Below are positions 42,734 to 56,169 of a DNA stretch of 64,000 bases, piece by piece. The stretch's first letter is position 1; the number at the start of each line of letters is the position of its first letter. The notes beneath the pieces were generated by a model. That model saw only the letters and a list, made by a program, of their open reading frames with translations. It made no database searches and had not been told where the DNA came from. This DNA is from Octopus vulgaris (Eukaryota): contig OX597822.1 in NCBI GenBank assembly GCA_951406725.2, positions 59,148,001 through 59,212,000 of the forward strand, given 5' to 3'. Made by a program: the position numbers and the translations under genes.

Positions 42734-45166
42734 CTTCTGTATATTGATTGATATATGCACATAAAGCATTTTTTTTACGTGAAAGCATACACATATACGC
42801 TTTTATATGTACATGCTTACATATCACTTTCTTTTCCCTGAAACTTAAATACTCATGCATGCACACATGTATACACACTCCACTCTCACAAATATTTCTT
42901 TTATTTCATAAACCGTTTATTGACTTATTTTTTTTGTATATTTAATAAATCGTTTTATTTCATAAATGTTTTGTACACTACAGCATTCATTCGCCCCATC
43001 CAATATATCAGACCATTAAAGAAACTAAACGTCACTGTTTTGCCAAATTGCTTGACTGCTCTGGTATTTCGGAAACGACTAGAGCTCAAGAGTTCTGTTT
43101 GTTTTATCATTAGTGATTATTAAACGGAAGAATTTCTTTTTATATATGATTTTTTTGTAATTCTTTATCGAAAGTTTGTTCATTTAGCAAATTATTTTAA
43201 CTATGGGGTCCAGTTCTGTTCAACATATCCCAGATAAAGTAGCTATATACTGAAAACAAACTCAGTTACACAAAATAAACAGCATGTATTAGAAAAGCGT
43301 GTTGTGTACATTTTGTTTTTATTGGTTGGCGATTTAATAAAATAGATATCAACAGTTTGTGTTCACATTAATAAATGGCTTGCAATGGAACCTCTACGCT
43401 ATCGTCTAGTCTAATAGAAATAACAGCAAACCTTCAAATCCCACCTGACGATCTTAAGAAAAAAAAGGGCCCATTAATATATGCGTGGTCCTAGATTTCA
43501 CTGCGTCTGATATTCAAAAATCACGCGGATCTCAGCTGGAATATTTTTTTGATAATAGTCAGAGCTGACCAACGGATAAACATTATCAACAACAACTCAA
43601 AGTCTTATATCTACTTTTGTCTTTCTTAGTTCTTAGTGCCTATTCTGTGAAAATTTGCAATCCTCTGGAATACCTTCTGCACTGTATTTTTCTTGTAGAA
43701 ATTAAGCTTTTGATGATCTAAGAGAACATCAAAGTCATCAAACCGAGGGAACCTACAGCTGTTATGTATGCTGACTTCCCCTTGAATAACTTTCTTTTTT
43801 CTTTTACAAGAAAGAAGCTCCTGACGAGTTGAGAGAGCGACATGTTTCGTTAATCAGTTGACTTCATTTATCCTACGTATCTTTTCGGTTTGGCTACCAA
43901 CATAATAATACACTTTTATAGGCTAATGAATGACAGGAAAATCATTTTCAGTATAAATCAATAAATAAAGAGTTACTAGCCATTAAAGTTTGAAAATTTT
44001 GGGTAATTGTAACCAATCGTAAGTCACAGATACATTCATGCCTGTTTCTAAAGTAACAAGCGGAACATGAGAACTCTTTTGTCTGCGAGAAAGCACGTGT
44101 CAACAAATATATTGAAACCACTTATTTTACCTGTTGACAATTGAACTTGTGAATTTATGTAGCGTAGGAGATATGAAAATTGTGATTTGTTCGAGAAATT
44201 GATTGAATGCATTTTTAACTTTTGTTTTCAATGAACTATGGAAAAAGTGAAATATCTCCAGCAATTCATCTTGGAAAAATACTTTAATATGCCAAATTTT
44301 AAAATTTTCTATAAACTTTAATCTTGTTCCAAATGGAAGAGATCCATCCTACTATTCGCCTCAAGAGAAATACGAACATCACATTAATCCGTTTATTTAT
44401 TGCACTGGGAAAAAGCTAAATACATATTCATTTGAAAGAAATATGTATGGAGAAGTTTATTCGGTAGTTACACGGTGGCTACACTTCTTTGCAAGGAAAG
44501 CAGAATATGTCACAAACATGTCCAGAGTTATATCCCGTATTCATTTGAAAAATTAAATATATATATATATTAGTCATTAATTAATATCCACCCACCCCTT
44601 TTTTCACTTACTGCATATTTATTTTAAATTTAGATATTTAATGGTCCATGGATTAAATATGTTAACACCAGCTGAAACTAATATTGTTGAGTGGTATGTG
44701 ATAAACGTAGAATAGAGCTGAACTTCAAGTGAACCGAATATACGATTAAGTTCATGTTTCCGGTCAGATGTATTAAATTCATTTGAACTACAAATGTTCC
44801 CAAGAAAATAATGACTGCTATAATTTCCTATTTCCCCCACTACTACTAATAAGAAAAACTTGAACATTTTTTGTACCTATTAAAAAGAAACTGATGACAG
44901 GAATGCAGGGGCAGGAGTATAGAATAGTAAAAAAGAAGGTAAAGGGTCTGGTGTTATACATCAACATTTTTTAATGTATATATTTCCAATGAGTGTAAAA
45001 GTAATTGGTGGACAAAGCAGGTGTGAATAAAACGGATTAAAATGATAATATAATGATTAGAAATTCAAGGGAGAAGTTTTTAAATGATATTGAAATGACA
45101 TGTGGTGGTCTGTGTCAGAAGACATAAAAATCAGTCTGTTGGTGAGCCGTGAAGGCAATAAATATC

Positions 45167-45238
<72 letters not shown>

Positions 45239-45414
45239 CCTTCTGAGGAGAAATTCTTTTTGCTTTTGAAAAATGTAGTTTGTTTTGATAGTATAATTAC
45301 AAATTGAATTGACGGAGAGAACTGAACTGATTCGTTTGTACATGTGAAAAAGACAGAGCCGAGCGAGTGAGTGAGGGATAGAATGGAAGAGAGAGAGGGA
45401 GAGAGAAAGAAAGG

Positions 45415-45470
<56 letters not shown>

Positions 45471-46251
45471 CTGTGAACATAAATACTGGTTTCACTGAAA
45501 CGACCGTTGATATTGGTGAAGTGTTTTATTGGGTGGTGCCTAAATCCTCTTCAAGAAATATTTATCAAATGACATCAAAGGATATTTATATTTTCAGACT
45601 TAAGTGATGGAAATTCATCACGAGTAAGAGGATAAAAGAAATTCAAGAAAAGAAACAACGTGGAGGAAACAGTTCTTAATGTTTCAAGAGCATCTGGTGT
45701 ATGAATGAGACAATTGTAACCCAATCCCGTCAAGTCTGTGTTTTAATCTAGGTTCCCCCACCACCATTTCAAGCGAGTAAGAATTCACCCCAATCGACCT
45801 CAATTTTCTTGCTATAATAAATAGCTGTCCTTTTTGCTTTTTCTTCTTTGTAACTTTATAGGGATCTGAGAACAGTATACAGGCATCATTTGGACATCCC
45901 CGTCACACACACATGTATGTGAATATGTGTGTGTCTAAATTTCTGTGGCTGGTGCCATCTTCTTCCCTTCCAAGAGTTTCTACGTCCTATGCTTATTGGA
46001 CTGATGGAGGCGGGCGTTTCGAACGCTTAGTTCTCATCGGCACTAGATACCCACAGAGAGCGCACAGAACTTTTTAATTTCAAGCAAGAGTTTTTTTTTT
46101 CTCCATAGCAAGTTGTAGTAAAAATCCTTTTACAGGTTCATTTATCTCTCAGACAAGTTGATTTCATTCATCAATTCACGAATACATACATTACATGGAA
46201 AAATGCGAGCAAGAGAAATAATATTCTTTAGATTATAAACCTGGAAAAATA

Positions 46252-46637
46252 CAGGATACTTTTTGGTTATCTCACCCCCATTAAAAAAATGCCATTAGGT
46301 TATCTTCCCACTAAAAATCGAGTTAATGTGGCGACAAGAAGATTGGATTAAAAGAGTTAGATCTTTTTGATTCAATACTTCAACACATTGTTGACGTTTG
46401 GCCTCCTCAATAGGAATGGTATGATTTGTTATAAAAATGGTATCAGATTCAATAAGATGATTAATTTTTTCAGTTTTCATGTTTATTAACTTTTAATTTT
46501 TCTTTTTTTTTTTGTTTTATTGGGGGTTAAACAATTCATTTAGTTGAGGGAGATGACCAAAAGTACCGATATTTCTCGTAAAACGGGAGAGCTAACCCAA
46601 TTTTTTAATGGGAGTGAGATAACCAAAAAAAACCTAG
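46252..46637. mobile_element. Tc1/mariner-like MITE
   Basis: About 30-bp inverted repeat TTTTGGTTATCTCACCCCCATTAAAAAA / TTTTTTAATGGGAGTGAGATAACCAAAA; starts TA|CAGG. Confidence 0.7.
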
Positions 46638-47254
46638 TACAGGACAAGTTGGATAAGTTCAAGCAAGTTATTACATCTGGTAAAGTACAGAAGAAGAACA
46701 TTTTTTAAATATTGCAGCTAAGGATAAAATTTCAAATAAAATATTTAGATTCAGAAAATATTAGCTTTGGTTAAAACTAAAAATTGTATTACAAGTTATT
46801 ACTTGTTACTTCTGTTTAAAATAAAAAAATAACCCAATTAAGATATTTTTTGCTCTTAAAAAAAATTCATTTTCTTAATTATTATTAAATAATTAGGAAT
46901 TTGAAAATAGGTTCTAAAAATAGTAGTAGCACAATAAATAGAATAATACAAAAATTAGTTGTGTATACAGTAAAATCTACCTATAACAACAAATTCACAG
47001 TAAAATTTGCTTGAGTTATTGCCAAGTTTTCACATTTTTAGTCTTGAATTTGCTTACTAGTCTACTTTGCATAAAACTTCAGATATAATGATACTTCTGG
47101 CTCTCATTCTTTGAGTGTTCTAGTGTGCCAATATTTTAACAAAATGGTGGTACCTTTTTTACTTAAAATGTTACTTTGTAAATTAAAATCAAATAAGTTT
47201 TAATATTCAAATTTTATCCTTAGCTGCAATATTTTAAGTAAAAATGTTCTTGTA

Positions 47255-47870
47255 CTTTCGGGCCGTGGCCTATGGATAACTTTCAGATATCCCTGGCCTG
47301 GCAATGCTCCCCGGGGAGCGTTGCTGGTTCGGGAGAAACTCCACAGGCACGGAAGTGCTGTCAGTCGGAGCTACCCGAGATGTGCGCAGAGCGATGAAAC
47401 CGTTCTGCACGCACTCGTCTAGTACCCGACAATTTCTGATGTGTGGGCTTATGTCGAGCACTTGCTGTAGCGTGTCACACAGATCTGGTCCATTGTCATC
47501 CGAGTCTATTGTTAAGATTGCTCCGCCCTCTTCCTTTGATCTGGAAGGACAGGCAGTTTTCATCTGCCTGGTGGCCATGGCGAAAGCGGTTGTGTTGTGG
47601 GCAATACTGAAAGGGCTGAAGACGGGCTCTTTCCTCTGGCGAATTTCTAATCAACTTTTACAGGTTCCACTTGAAGAGACGGATCAGAGTGGAGAGGGAG
47701 GTGCTCCCTTCTAGCAGATTTATTGACAGGTGGATGAGAGTAGCGAGCTTGGTTCGTGTGAAGGGGCCTGCTCTGAACATGCGCTTCTGAGTGAAGTAAG
47801 AGAGATAGGAAGCACTTACATAAATGCTCAGGGAAACCGTGATTTTCTGTAGGGTTTGCGACACAAGGGA
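47255..47870 (+). pseudogene. 5'-truncated Tx1 LINE 3' fragment (zinc-finger region)
   Basis: MDNFQISLAWQC...VREKLHRHG...YPRCAQSDETVLHAL and KIAPP...EGQAVFICLVA align with 60510-61010; stops and frameshifts present. Confidence 0.85.
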
Positions 47871-49902
47871 AACATCTAAATCACTGACACATTTTCCTTG
47901 TAAATATATATATATATATGATACTCTTCTTAAAAATAATGAGTGACCTTAGTGTGTCCAGTATCACATCATCTAGGGCACCTTTCCTTTTATTGATAAT
48001 AGGGTATAATTTTGACAATTATTTGGTTGCTATTTCCAGCGGCAACGTGGAAACTCCCTTGTTTAGCTGGTAGTTATGCGCGTGTAATTAGTGGGTGAAA
48101 CCACTTGGGAGAGAAGGTAGTATATTAATGCAAGACCTATAGGGAAAGATAGATAGATAGAAGGAGAGAGAGGTAGATAGAGGGGGAAAGAGAAAGAAGA
48201 GAAAGAGATTGAGAGAGAGAGGCGGATGAGAGCAAGAGAGAAAGAGAGAGAGACGAAAACAGTAGAGAAGTGAGAATGTGGAAGATCAAACGGCGGCAGT
48301 TATTTTGTTAATTCTTTCGTATAATGAGGTACACCGTGGCGAATTTTGGCAGGTTGATAGATAGTGGTGATAGGAGGAGAGAGGACTAAGAAGTAGGTAG
48401 AAGAACGAACAAGGGAGATGGGTGGGTAGAGGCAGTGATAAAGAAGTAGTGAGAGATAAGTAAACAAACCGATAGATAGATAAGTATTAAAGTCATCACA
48501 CACTAGTTTTAATATTTAGTTGCTGTGTGAACTGAAATCTCGTATTTTCTCAACAGAACGGTGTGTTTGGCAGCATCAGCAGACGGCTGTATGGTGTTAC
48601 GTACATCTATTAAGTTCTATGTTTATAGTCCATTACAGTCTGGGTTTCCCATTAATTAGTCGCACCCCCATTTCTCCACAGCGTAGATCAAATATGTATT
48701 GCGTTAGTTAGTCAAAGCAGCCTTTCGGAGTGCTTGATATAGTAGTTAATTCTCCCTCAAATCCTGTCTTAAACAGGACGGAATCATGAGATATTATAGT
48801 CCTAGAAACATACAGTCTGCTCGATCAGGGTTGACATTGGGTGAAACCACTATAACAGTCATGCGATGGACTTAAGACGACAAAGCAATATTCACATGGT
48901 CAGTAGACTTGTTAGAAGTAGCTGTCAACTGTCTCTCAGAGCACAAGCTTTCATCCTGAAACAAAGAACAAGATACAAAGTCCACAGTTTACAACACTTG
49001 AAAGAAGAAGAAAAAATAGAGAGAGACAGGAAGTCTGCTCAATCAAGACTGACTTGGGTTTAACCAGCAACACCTCTTCTGGAATAAACTTGGTTTTTGC
49101 CCTCTCAAACAATTAATAATGTCGGTTTTTATCAGTTCTATTGCCTATTATTGATTTCTCAATTCTTTTGATTATTATGATTTTTTAATCTTCTATCAAC
49201 TATTATTAAAATATATACCAGTCATGAATTCGATTCGATTACACCTTCCTGGCGCTTGCAGAAATTAAACCATGCATCAAAAGAAATTTGAATGCTTTAC
49301 TTCACAGATACTGGAAGTACTTTGAAAAAAAAAAACACATTGATTAGCTTGATCCCTGATGTATTACACTAGTGCTGCTTCTATTTCTTATTTGAATTTA
49401 TTCTTACGTATTGCATTGTCCGGGCATACCCGCACAAGGCTCTACCCGCCGTGGGCATGTAAATCGTGAACTGGCGAAATGATGCACCTCCGATCCTGGT
49501 CGGGTACCTGATGTTAACAAGCCACAAAAATGGCGAAACATCGATGTCCATCACTCCTAGATGGGATTGAGGGTGAGTTATCTTGCCTGTCTGTGACTCT
49601 TATGATTTTTTAAAAACCCATCGCTTTGAGAGAGTATTCTCCACCACAGCCTACACGAGGCATGTACACGAGGCATGTACGATAAGTATATGCGATTGAT
49701 AATATATATCAAAGTATCGATCAGGCCATCAAATGCTGTTATACACTGCTAGTCACAGTGTGATTCCATTTCTATCTTGATTATGCCATTCTTTTCCATC
49801 TTGAACCAAGTTGCATGACCAAATCTTCTTTCCATCGTCGTGGAGGCCTTCCAAGTGGCCATTTCCGATCTATTGGATAACACTTAGCAATATATATATA
49901 TA

Positions 49903-50251
49903 CTCTTTTACTTGTTTCAGTCATTTTGACTGCAGCCATGCTGGAGCACCGCTTTAGTCGAGCAAATCAACCAGAGGACTTATTTTTTGTAAGCCGAGTA
50001 CTTATTCTATCGGTCTCTTTTGCCGAACCGCTATGTTACAGGGACGTAAACACACCAGCATCGGTTGTCAAGCGATGTTGGAGATATATGTATATATATA
50101 TATATATATACGACGGGCTTCTTTCAGTTTCCGTCTATCAAATCCACTCACAAGACTTTGGTCAGCCCGAGGCTATAGTAGAAGACACTTGCCCAAGGTG
50201 CCACGCAGTGGGACTGAACCCGGAACCATGTAGTTAGTAAGCAAGCTACTT

Positions 50252-50252
<1 letters not shown>
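49903..50252 (-). mobile_element. SINE family B
   Basis: Reverse complement of the family B body and tail. Confidence 0.85.
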
Positions 50253-50324
<72 letters not shown>

Positions 50325-53300
50325 ACGGAATTGGCACGGCTGGAATTTCTTGGAGGATAAGTCTGCTCTTTCAAGGTCTGTGACTAAACAACAACAGTGA
50401 CAATGATTATTTACGATTTCCAATATGGTTGCTTGATCTGTTAGAAATACCAGCACATCTCTCTCTAATCACTCGCTACTGTCTAAAATTACAAGATTAT
50501 TACAGTTTGATCGTACATTAAGAGTGACTGCGAGTTAAACAACAATAATAACATACAACTGTGACAACTACGGATATCTATATCTGAATGAAGCTGCAGC
50601 TACTTCCTGACAAAAGAGAGGGTAAATCGTAGCAAAGTGTCTCTAGGACTACGTTGTGTAATTTAGTTCGAAATGCACTTTGCTTAAGAGAAAGAAAGAC
50701 GTGATGGTTACCACGGCTTCGAAATATGTGATCACGGATCTGCTGGGTCATAGTTCAGCAGGCGCTAATTAACATTAAACAGTAATCCACATTAAACAGT
50801 AATCAAATTTTTTTCAAATATTGGCACCAGCTACATTTAAGGGAGGGGTAAATCGATTATACCAACCTCAGTACTTGATTGGTACTTATTTTATCGACTC
50901 GAGAGGATGAAAGATAAAGTTAATCTTGGCGGGATTTGACTCAGAACGTAAAGCCGGAAGAAATACCGCTAAGCATTTTGTCCGGCATTCCTAATGCTTC
51001 TGGTTATTCGCCTTCCTAACAAACAGCAACATAATTACGAGAGGTTATTGATTTAGACAACAGGGCCAGTAATTTTGAGAGAAGGGTGTTAGTCGATTCC
51101 ATTCGGCTATCAACCAGTATTTAAATGGTATCTTATTGACTCCGAAATGAAGAACGGCAAAGTTAGCCTCGGCAGGATTTGAACTCAGTATGTAAAGAAC
51201 TGGAAGATATTTCTTGCCCGCCTCCTAGCACGGGTGATGTCTTTATAAACGTCGTTTCTGTGCCAAAGATATGCTAACTGGCAAGGTGACAATCGTTGTT
51301 AGTATGGTTAATATCGTATCAACTAGAAAAAATATTATCAAAGGTTTACTATTACTGACAGACGTTTAATCTGATCGTCACTGCTGCTATGGTTATATAC
51401 TTTTACCTACTACTTGTACAACTGGTGGTGGTGGTGTTGGCGGCGGTAATGGTAGTATGGTGGTATGTAGCGGGTAAGAGTGGTGATGATATTGGCTGTG
51501 GGTGTGTGGAATTACAAGTGTGGTAGTGAAAGTGGCGGTGGTTGTAGTGGTGATGTTGAAGGTAGTATTTGTAGTGGAGATGGTAGTGAGAATTGTGGTT
51601 GGTGCTGTTGGTGTGGATGACAATGGTATATTTTCTTAATTAGGGTACTGCATATGGCGGTGGTGTTGCTGCTGTTTTTAAGAAAGGACATAGGAATAAT
51701 ACTGATTTCAAATTTTGGCACTAGGATAGAAATTCAGTGGGAGGGGAAAGCCAATTACAGTGACCCCATTGTTCAACTGGTACTTATTTTATCAATTCCG
51801 AAAGACAAAGTCGACCTCGGTGGAATTTGAACTTAGAAAGTAAATACGGACAAAATGCTGCTAAGCATTTTGTCCGGCATGTTAACGATTTTGCCAACAC
51901 GCCGCCTTGAACGTTACATTATCCTTGTGTAACACGACCACATGGTCAGTCCTCCGATCTGAGGATTATTTCCCCTATTCTTTCCACCAGTCTCAAAGAC
52001 TGGGGAGGCTTGTGGCCATTTCTCTTCCTCTGCCGACTAGAAAAATTATCAGGAATCAACGGCTGAAGTAGATTGGCTAGCGGTGAGTGCACAACTTCAG
52101 TGACATTATGGTCTACTCCTTATGCAAACAGACGAGGATTTTGAAGAAAAATATTAAAAATTATTCTGTTGTGTCTGGGGATAGTTATTTTCTTTTTGTG
52201 CCTTATAATGTAACACACTCACCGGTGAAATTTCCACTTATTTCTTATTTTTATTTTCCTAAAATAACTCTTCCCAGACATAACAGAATATACTTCAACA
52301 CACGAACTCATATAAAGAATCTTGCAAACCAAATCCAAAAACAAAATATAAAAAATTATTATTTAGTTTAAATTGATTTAAAGAGTATTGGTAGAACAGC
52401 AGACTGTCGAACTAGATGTAATGTAGCATTTAAGTATATTTTTTTATGTTCCGAGTTCAAATCATTAAAAGTGATATTGAGTATGTCTTTTTTCCTTGGA
52501 AGCTCTCAAGGAAATACAAATCACTTATCTATTAGTCTTCGAGTAATTCGACATAATAAAACACCTATAAATTTGTAGCCATGTTTGTTAATTTAAAAGG
52601 TTATTAATTAGTGTAAAATTCACGGAGTTGGGAGTCGGCAGAAACAGTAAAAAATTGAATGAAATGCGTTGCTGTATTTTCTGTGATCTGAGTTCAGATT
52701 CCGTCACAGCTGGCTTTTATTTTCAGTAGCATACAAATTTTGAGAATGGTTTAGTCGATCGCATACATCTTACACCTATCTGATTTTGTGTCAAAGTAAG
52801 AACTTATATTTACCACGAACGTAAAAGATATACTTCAAAAGCTAAAGCACTTTCAGATAGAAAGAAAAAAAGAGATTACTGAGCGTTTAGATTTCTCAGT
52901 TGGAAACCATTCAACTTCACTTAATGATGTCAAACCATTTGAGCAAAACATGACTGCCGTCAAAACATCTCCCACCAGCCTTTACATTGTTACTAGGTCT
53001 GCGAGAAATATCATCCAAACCTCCTTCAAATCATACTTTACCGTCTTAAAAAAAAAAAAGAAAACGAGAGATTGGATAATATAACTCACGATATACGATA
53101 CCTGAAAATCATATTTGAAATGCCTTTGATCATAGGTGGGCTTAGAACGGGAAATTAGTTTAAACAATGTGCAAAGAAACTCCGAATTCCAGGATTCTTG
53201 CAGATAGTGTAAAATAAACAAAAATTGAAGTGATAGTGTAAATGGGCGAAAGTAAATACTTTAACACACGGAGTCTGGCGACCATCTACTACCACCATCA

Positions 53301-53619
53301 CCTTCCCCTGAGTGGTAGAAAATTCGAGAAAACAGTCCCAGGAGCTGTATGTATTATTTCAAGCTAATAATAGTTAGATAACATCTAGAATAACTATACT
53401 AGGGGGGTTATAAATTTTAATCCAACTTTTTCAACTGGTGTACTTGAAATCGTAATAAATCTTTTCTTTATTGGTCACAGGAGCCCTTATACACGAAACA
53501 AAACGTGTCGCCCGAAAGGGTTACAAAACATATGGGAATGTACGCACTCACAGGATGAGGTAAAAGTACACGCAATAAATAAAAAAAAGTAGGTTAAACA
53601 TATAGTACATAAGAACAAA

Positions 53620-54060
53620 TAAGGTCAATCCACTTGTAAAGGAGCGGGAAGCCATTACCGGATTAAAAATCAGGGCATCCTACCAATCCAACTACCTTCC
53701 ACTCTGTAAATTTTGTCGGAGCAATGTGTCCTTAAGTATCTCCTAGATTACGATCATTTTACTAATGTCTGCGTTGTTTTCAACAACCATCTGAGTTAAT
53801 GCTAGTTCCCTCATCTACTCCTCAATTTGCACAGTATTTATTTTGTCCCCCTTCAGTTTTTTCAGTAGTTAATAAATGCCGTGCCTTTGGATTACCGTCT
53901 AGTTCATGTACACCAGGTGTGTTGTGCTCCTTTAAAATAGACATCCAACTTCCTGCACACCTTAAGGCTGTACTCATCTTTTTTCCTATCCCCAGTAATT
54001 TACTCCTTTTCTCCAGTGTCCAACTCCTCCCATGACTGCAACACAATAAAATGGAAATGC
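53620..54060 (-). pseudogene. Possible decayed Penelope GIY-YIG endonuclease remnant
   Basis: CSHGRSWTLEKRSKL resembles C.CG..Y.GET.R.L, with SINSDG-like text further downstream; heavily degenerate. Confidence 0.3.
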
Positions 54061-54275
54061 TTTTCGAAACTTCTGATCAGTTCCCTTCGCCTTGTCGGTG
54101 CTCTACTTCGTTGGTCACTAACGCCAACAGTACAGAAGATTAGGGGATTTCATTTGCCTCCGTTATGGCTATTCTCGGAGCTGGAACCGGTGGAGCTCTG
54201 GAAACAATGGTAGCATTAGCCAAGGCTTCAATTTACTAATGTTGTTCGATTCCAAGCAATGACCTGAACAATAAC

Positions 54276-54315
<40 letters not shown>

Positions 54316-54363
54316 TCGAAAAATACCTTAAGAATGGGAACCCAGATTCCAAATTTCCCCAAG

Positions 54364-54408
54364 ACACCTGATGAAGGCTGGAGGGGATATCAGCCGAAAC
54401 GTTCTGTT
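54364..54408 (+). ncRNA. Minimal hammerhead motif in a Penelope-like repeat (about 54270-54496)
   Basis: CTGATGA A GGCTG-loop-CAGCC GAAACGTTC TGT; palindromic AACGTT; UUC triplet. Confidence 0.65.
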
Positions 54409-54496
54409 AACAACAAACAAGATGAGAGCAAATATCCGTCGAATGTAAATAATGTAAAAAATGTACATAATTCCTCATCTCTTAAATATAGAACTG

Positions 54497-54940
54497 TATG
54501 CAATATCTTGCCAGATTGGTTTCAACGCCTTCTCTATTTTATCTGTTGGCATAATTTCAATTTTCTTCGCTTCTGTTCAATAAACTTTGTAGATAATCGT
54601 TTTTTCTTTCTTAACTTTCATGACTCCTTGATGAGGGGACAACTTTACATCGCCACTCTCTCTCTATTTAACATCTTCCTTATTCTGTACCTCCGCAACA
54701 ATTGCAAACCTTTTCTTCTCTTCCATTTTCTTATCTATTTCCTTAATACATGTTACAAGTTCTTCTTCCGAGGAAGACAGCTCCGAAGAGCTGCAGTGCT
54801 CGTATAACATCATTTCAAAACAAGCTATCACAAAAGAGCGAAGACAGTTCACAAAAGTGTTCAAACGAACACTAACATAAAATTACAACACAAAATTTCA
54901 GCACAAAAATTACACGTCTTAACACTATGAAAAATACCAG
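54497..54940 (-). pseudogene. Decayed 5' end/ORF1 of a related Tx1 LINE
   Basis: Translates EDVK*RESGDVKLSPHQGVMKVKKEKTIIYKVY*TEAKKIEIMPTDKIEKALKPIWQDI, aligning with ORF1 VEGGEIRLVPPQAKVQEIRERIVIYKVYSFKEKKIMDMKNEIVEKCLSPVWDRI. Confidence 0.75.
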
Positions 54941-54949
54941 TAGAACAAC

Positions 54950-55265
54950 TTACTAACAACCTGAGGTGGCGCCGGCTCCTCTCAAAGATTAGCCGGATAG
55001 GATTTTTAAAATGATAATATCTCAAATAAACTCAACTGCTCTCGACTGAAAATGAACCCGACTCCTCTCAAAAATTAAGTTAAAAAAACAGGAAAAATAA
55101 TCCAGAATCCTTGTCCTGTATCAGTTTGTGCCAGTCACAAGGCTAAACATCCCTGAAAGTTTCATCTGAATCCATCCAGCGGTTCTTGAGATATCTTGTC
55201 CGCGGACAAACAAACAAACACGACTGAAAACAATACCTCCGCCTTCGTAAAGCCGGAGGCAACAA
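54950..55265 (+). mobile_element. Helentron-associated (DINE-1/HINE-like) element
   Basis: AAGTTTCATCTGAATCCATCCAGCGGTTCTTGAGATATC, (ACAA)n and a terminal hairpin CCTCCGCCTTCGTAAAGCCGGAGG. Confidence 0.55.
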
Positions 55266-55410
55266 AGCAAAAGAAATATTTACAAAAATATATGTGTACA
55301 ATAAAATATCTAAGATCAAACTACTTTTCCATCCCAGATAACGTCTAACTACTCAAAAGTCTTTGTTGCAGAAAAAATCGAAAGCGAAAAACCTTTTCAC
55401 ATCAAGTAAT

Positions 55411-55697
55411 TTGTTTTTTCCTTTTCGAGCCATGCCTGGCTCATAAGGGCCGGTTTCCCGGTTTCCTTGGCGTATAGATTCCCCGCCTGGACGGGACGCC
55501 GGTCAGTCGCAGGTAAGCTGCAAGAGGAAAGAGTGAGAGAAATTTGTGGTGAAAGAGTCAGCAGAAGTTCGCCATGGAGTCGCGTGGAGCTTAAGTGTTT
55601 CGCTCTTAAACACACACATCGCCCGGTCTGAGATTCGAACCCGCGATTCCTTGAGCGCAAGTCCGCTGCTCTAACCACTAGACCATGTGCCTCCACG
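55411..55697 (-). mobile_element. tRNA-derived SINE, family C head, third tail type, 11-bp TSD
   Basis: A box TGGTCTAGTGG, B box GGTTCGAATC; TSD CATCAAGTAAT at 55400 and 55698. Confidence 0.85.
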
Positions 55698-55789
55698 CAT
55701 CAAGTAATACTGGAAGTAAATATCTTTTAAACAGAGTTCTATGAAATGTGGCTGCTCGCAAGAAAGAACTACAATAATAATTTTCTAAT

Positions 55790-55945
55790 TTAGAATCAGC
55801 AATTTTAGCGGGGTAGGTTAGTCGATTACATCGAACCCGGTAATCAACTGGCAGTTTTTTTTATTTTTTTATCAGCCTCGAAAGGACAAAAGACAAAGTT
55901 GGCCTCGGCGGAATTTGAACTGAGTACATAAAGAGCTGGAAGAAA
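55790..55945 (-). mobile_element. Head-less family A SINE immediately 5' of the Tx1 tandem
   Basis: GGCCTCGGCGGAATTTGAACT core; breaks off about 10 nt before the LINE unit. Other dispersed family A copies lie near 4425, 10730, 22915, 25700, 28315, 36695, 50815, 51050 and 51705. Confidence 0.75.
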
Positions 55946-56169
55946 AGATTCAATGCTTATCAAGATGCCATCTCATTATTGCTTTCTTTTTCCGTTTGCG
56001 TTGTGAGAAAATTGCTGCCTCCATTTAAGAGAGTCGAAGTTGTGATATTATTGTTTGTGATATTATTGTTTGTACTAACTGCTTTGAACAGTGCCCGTTG
56101 TGAAACGGTGATTTTCGCCCTACGGGGCAGAAAATTTTGTATTGCTTGAATTTTGTTACCTTCGAGGTG

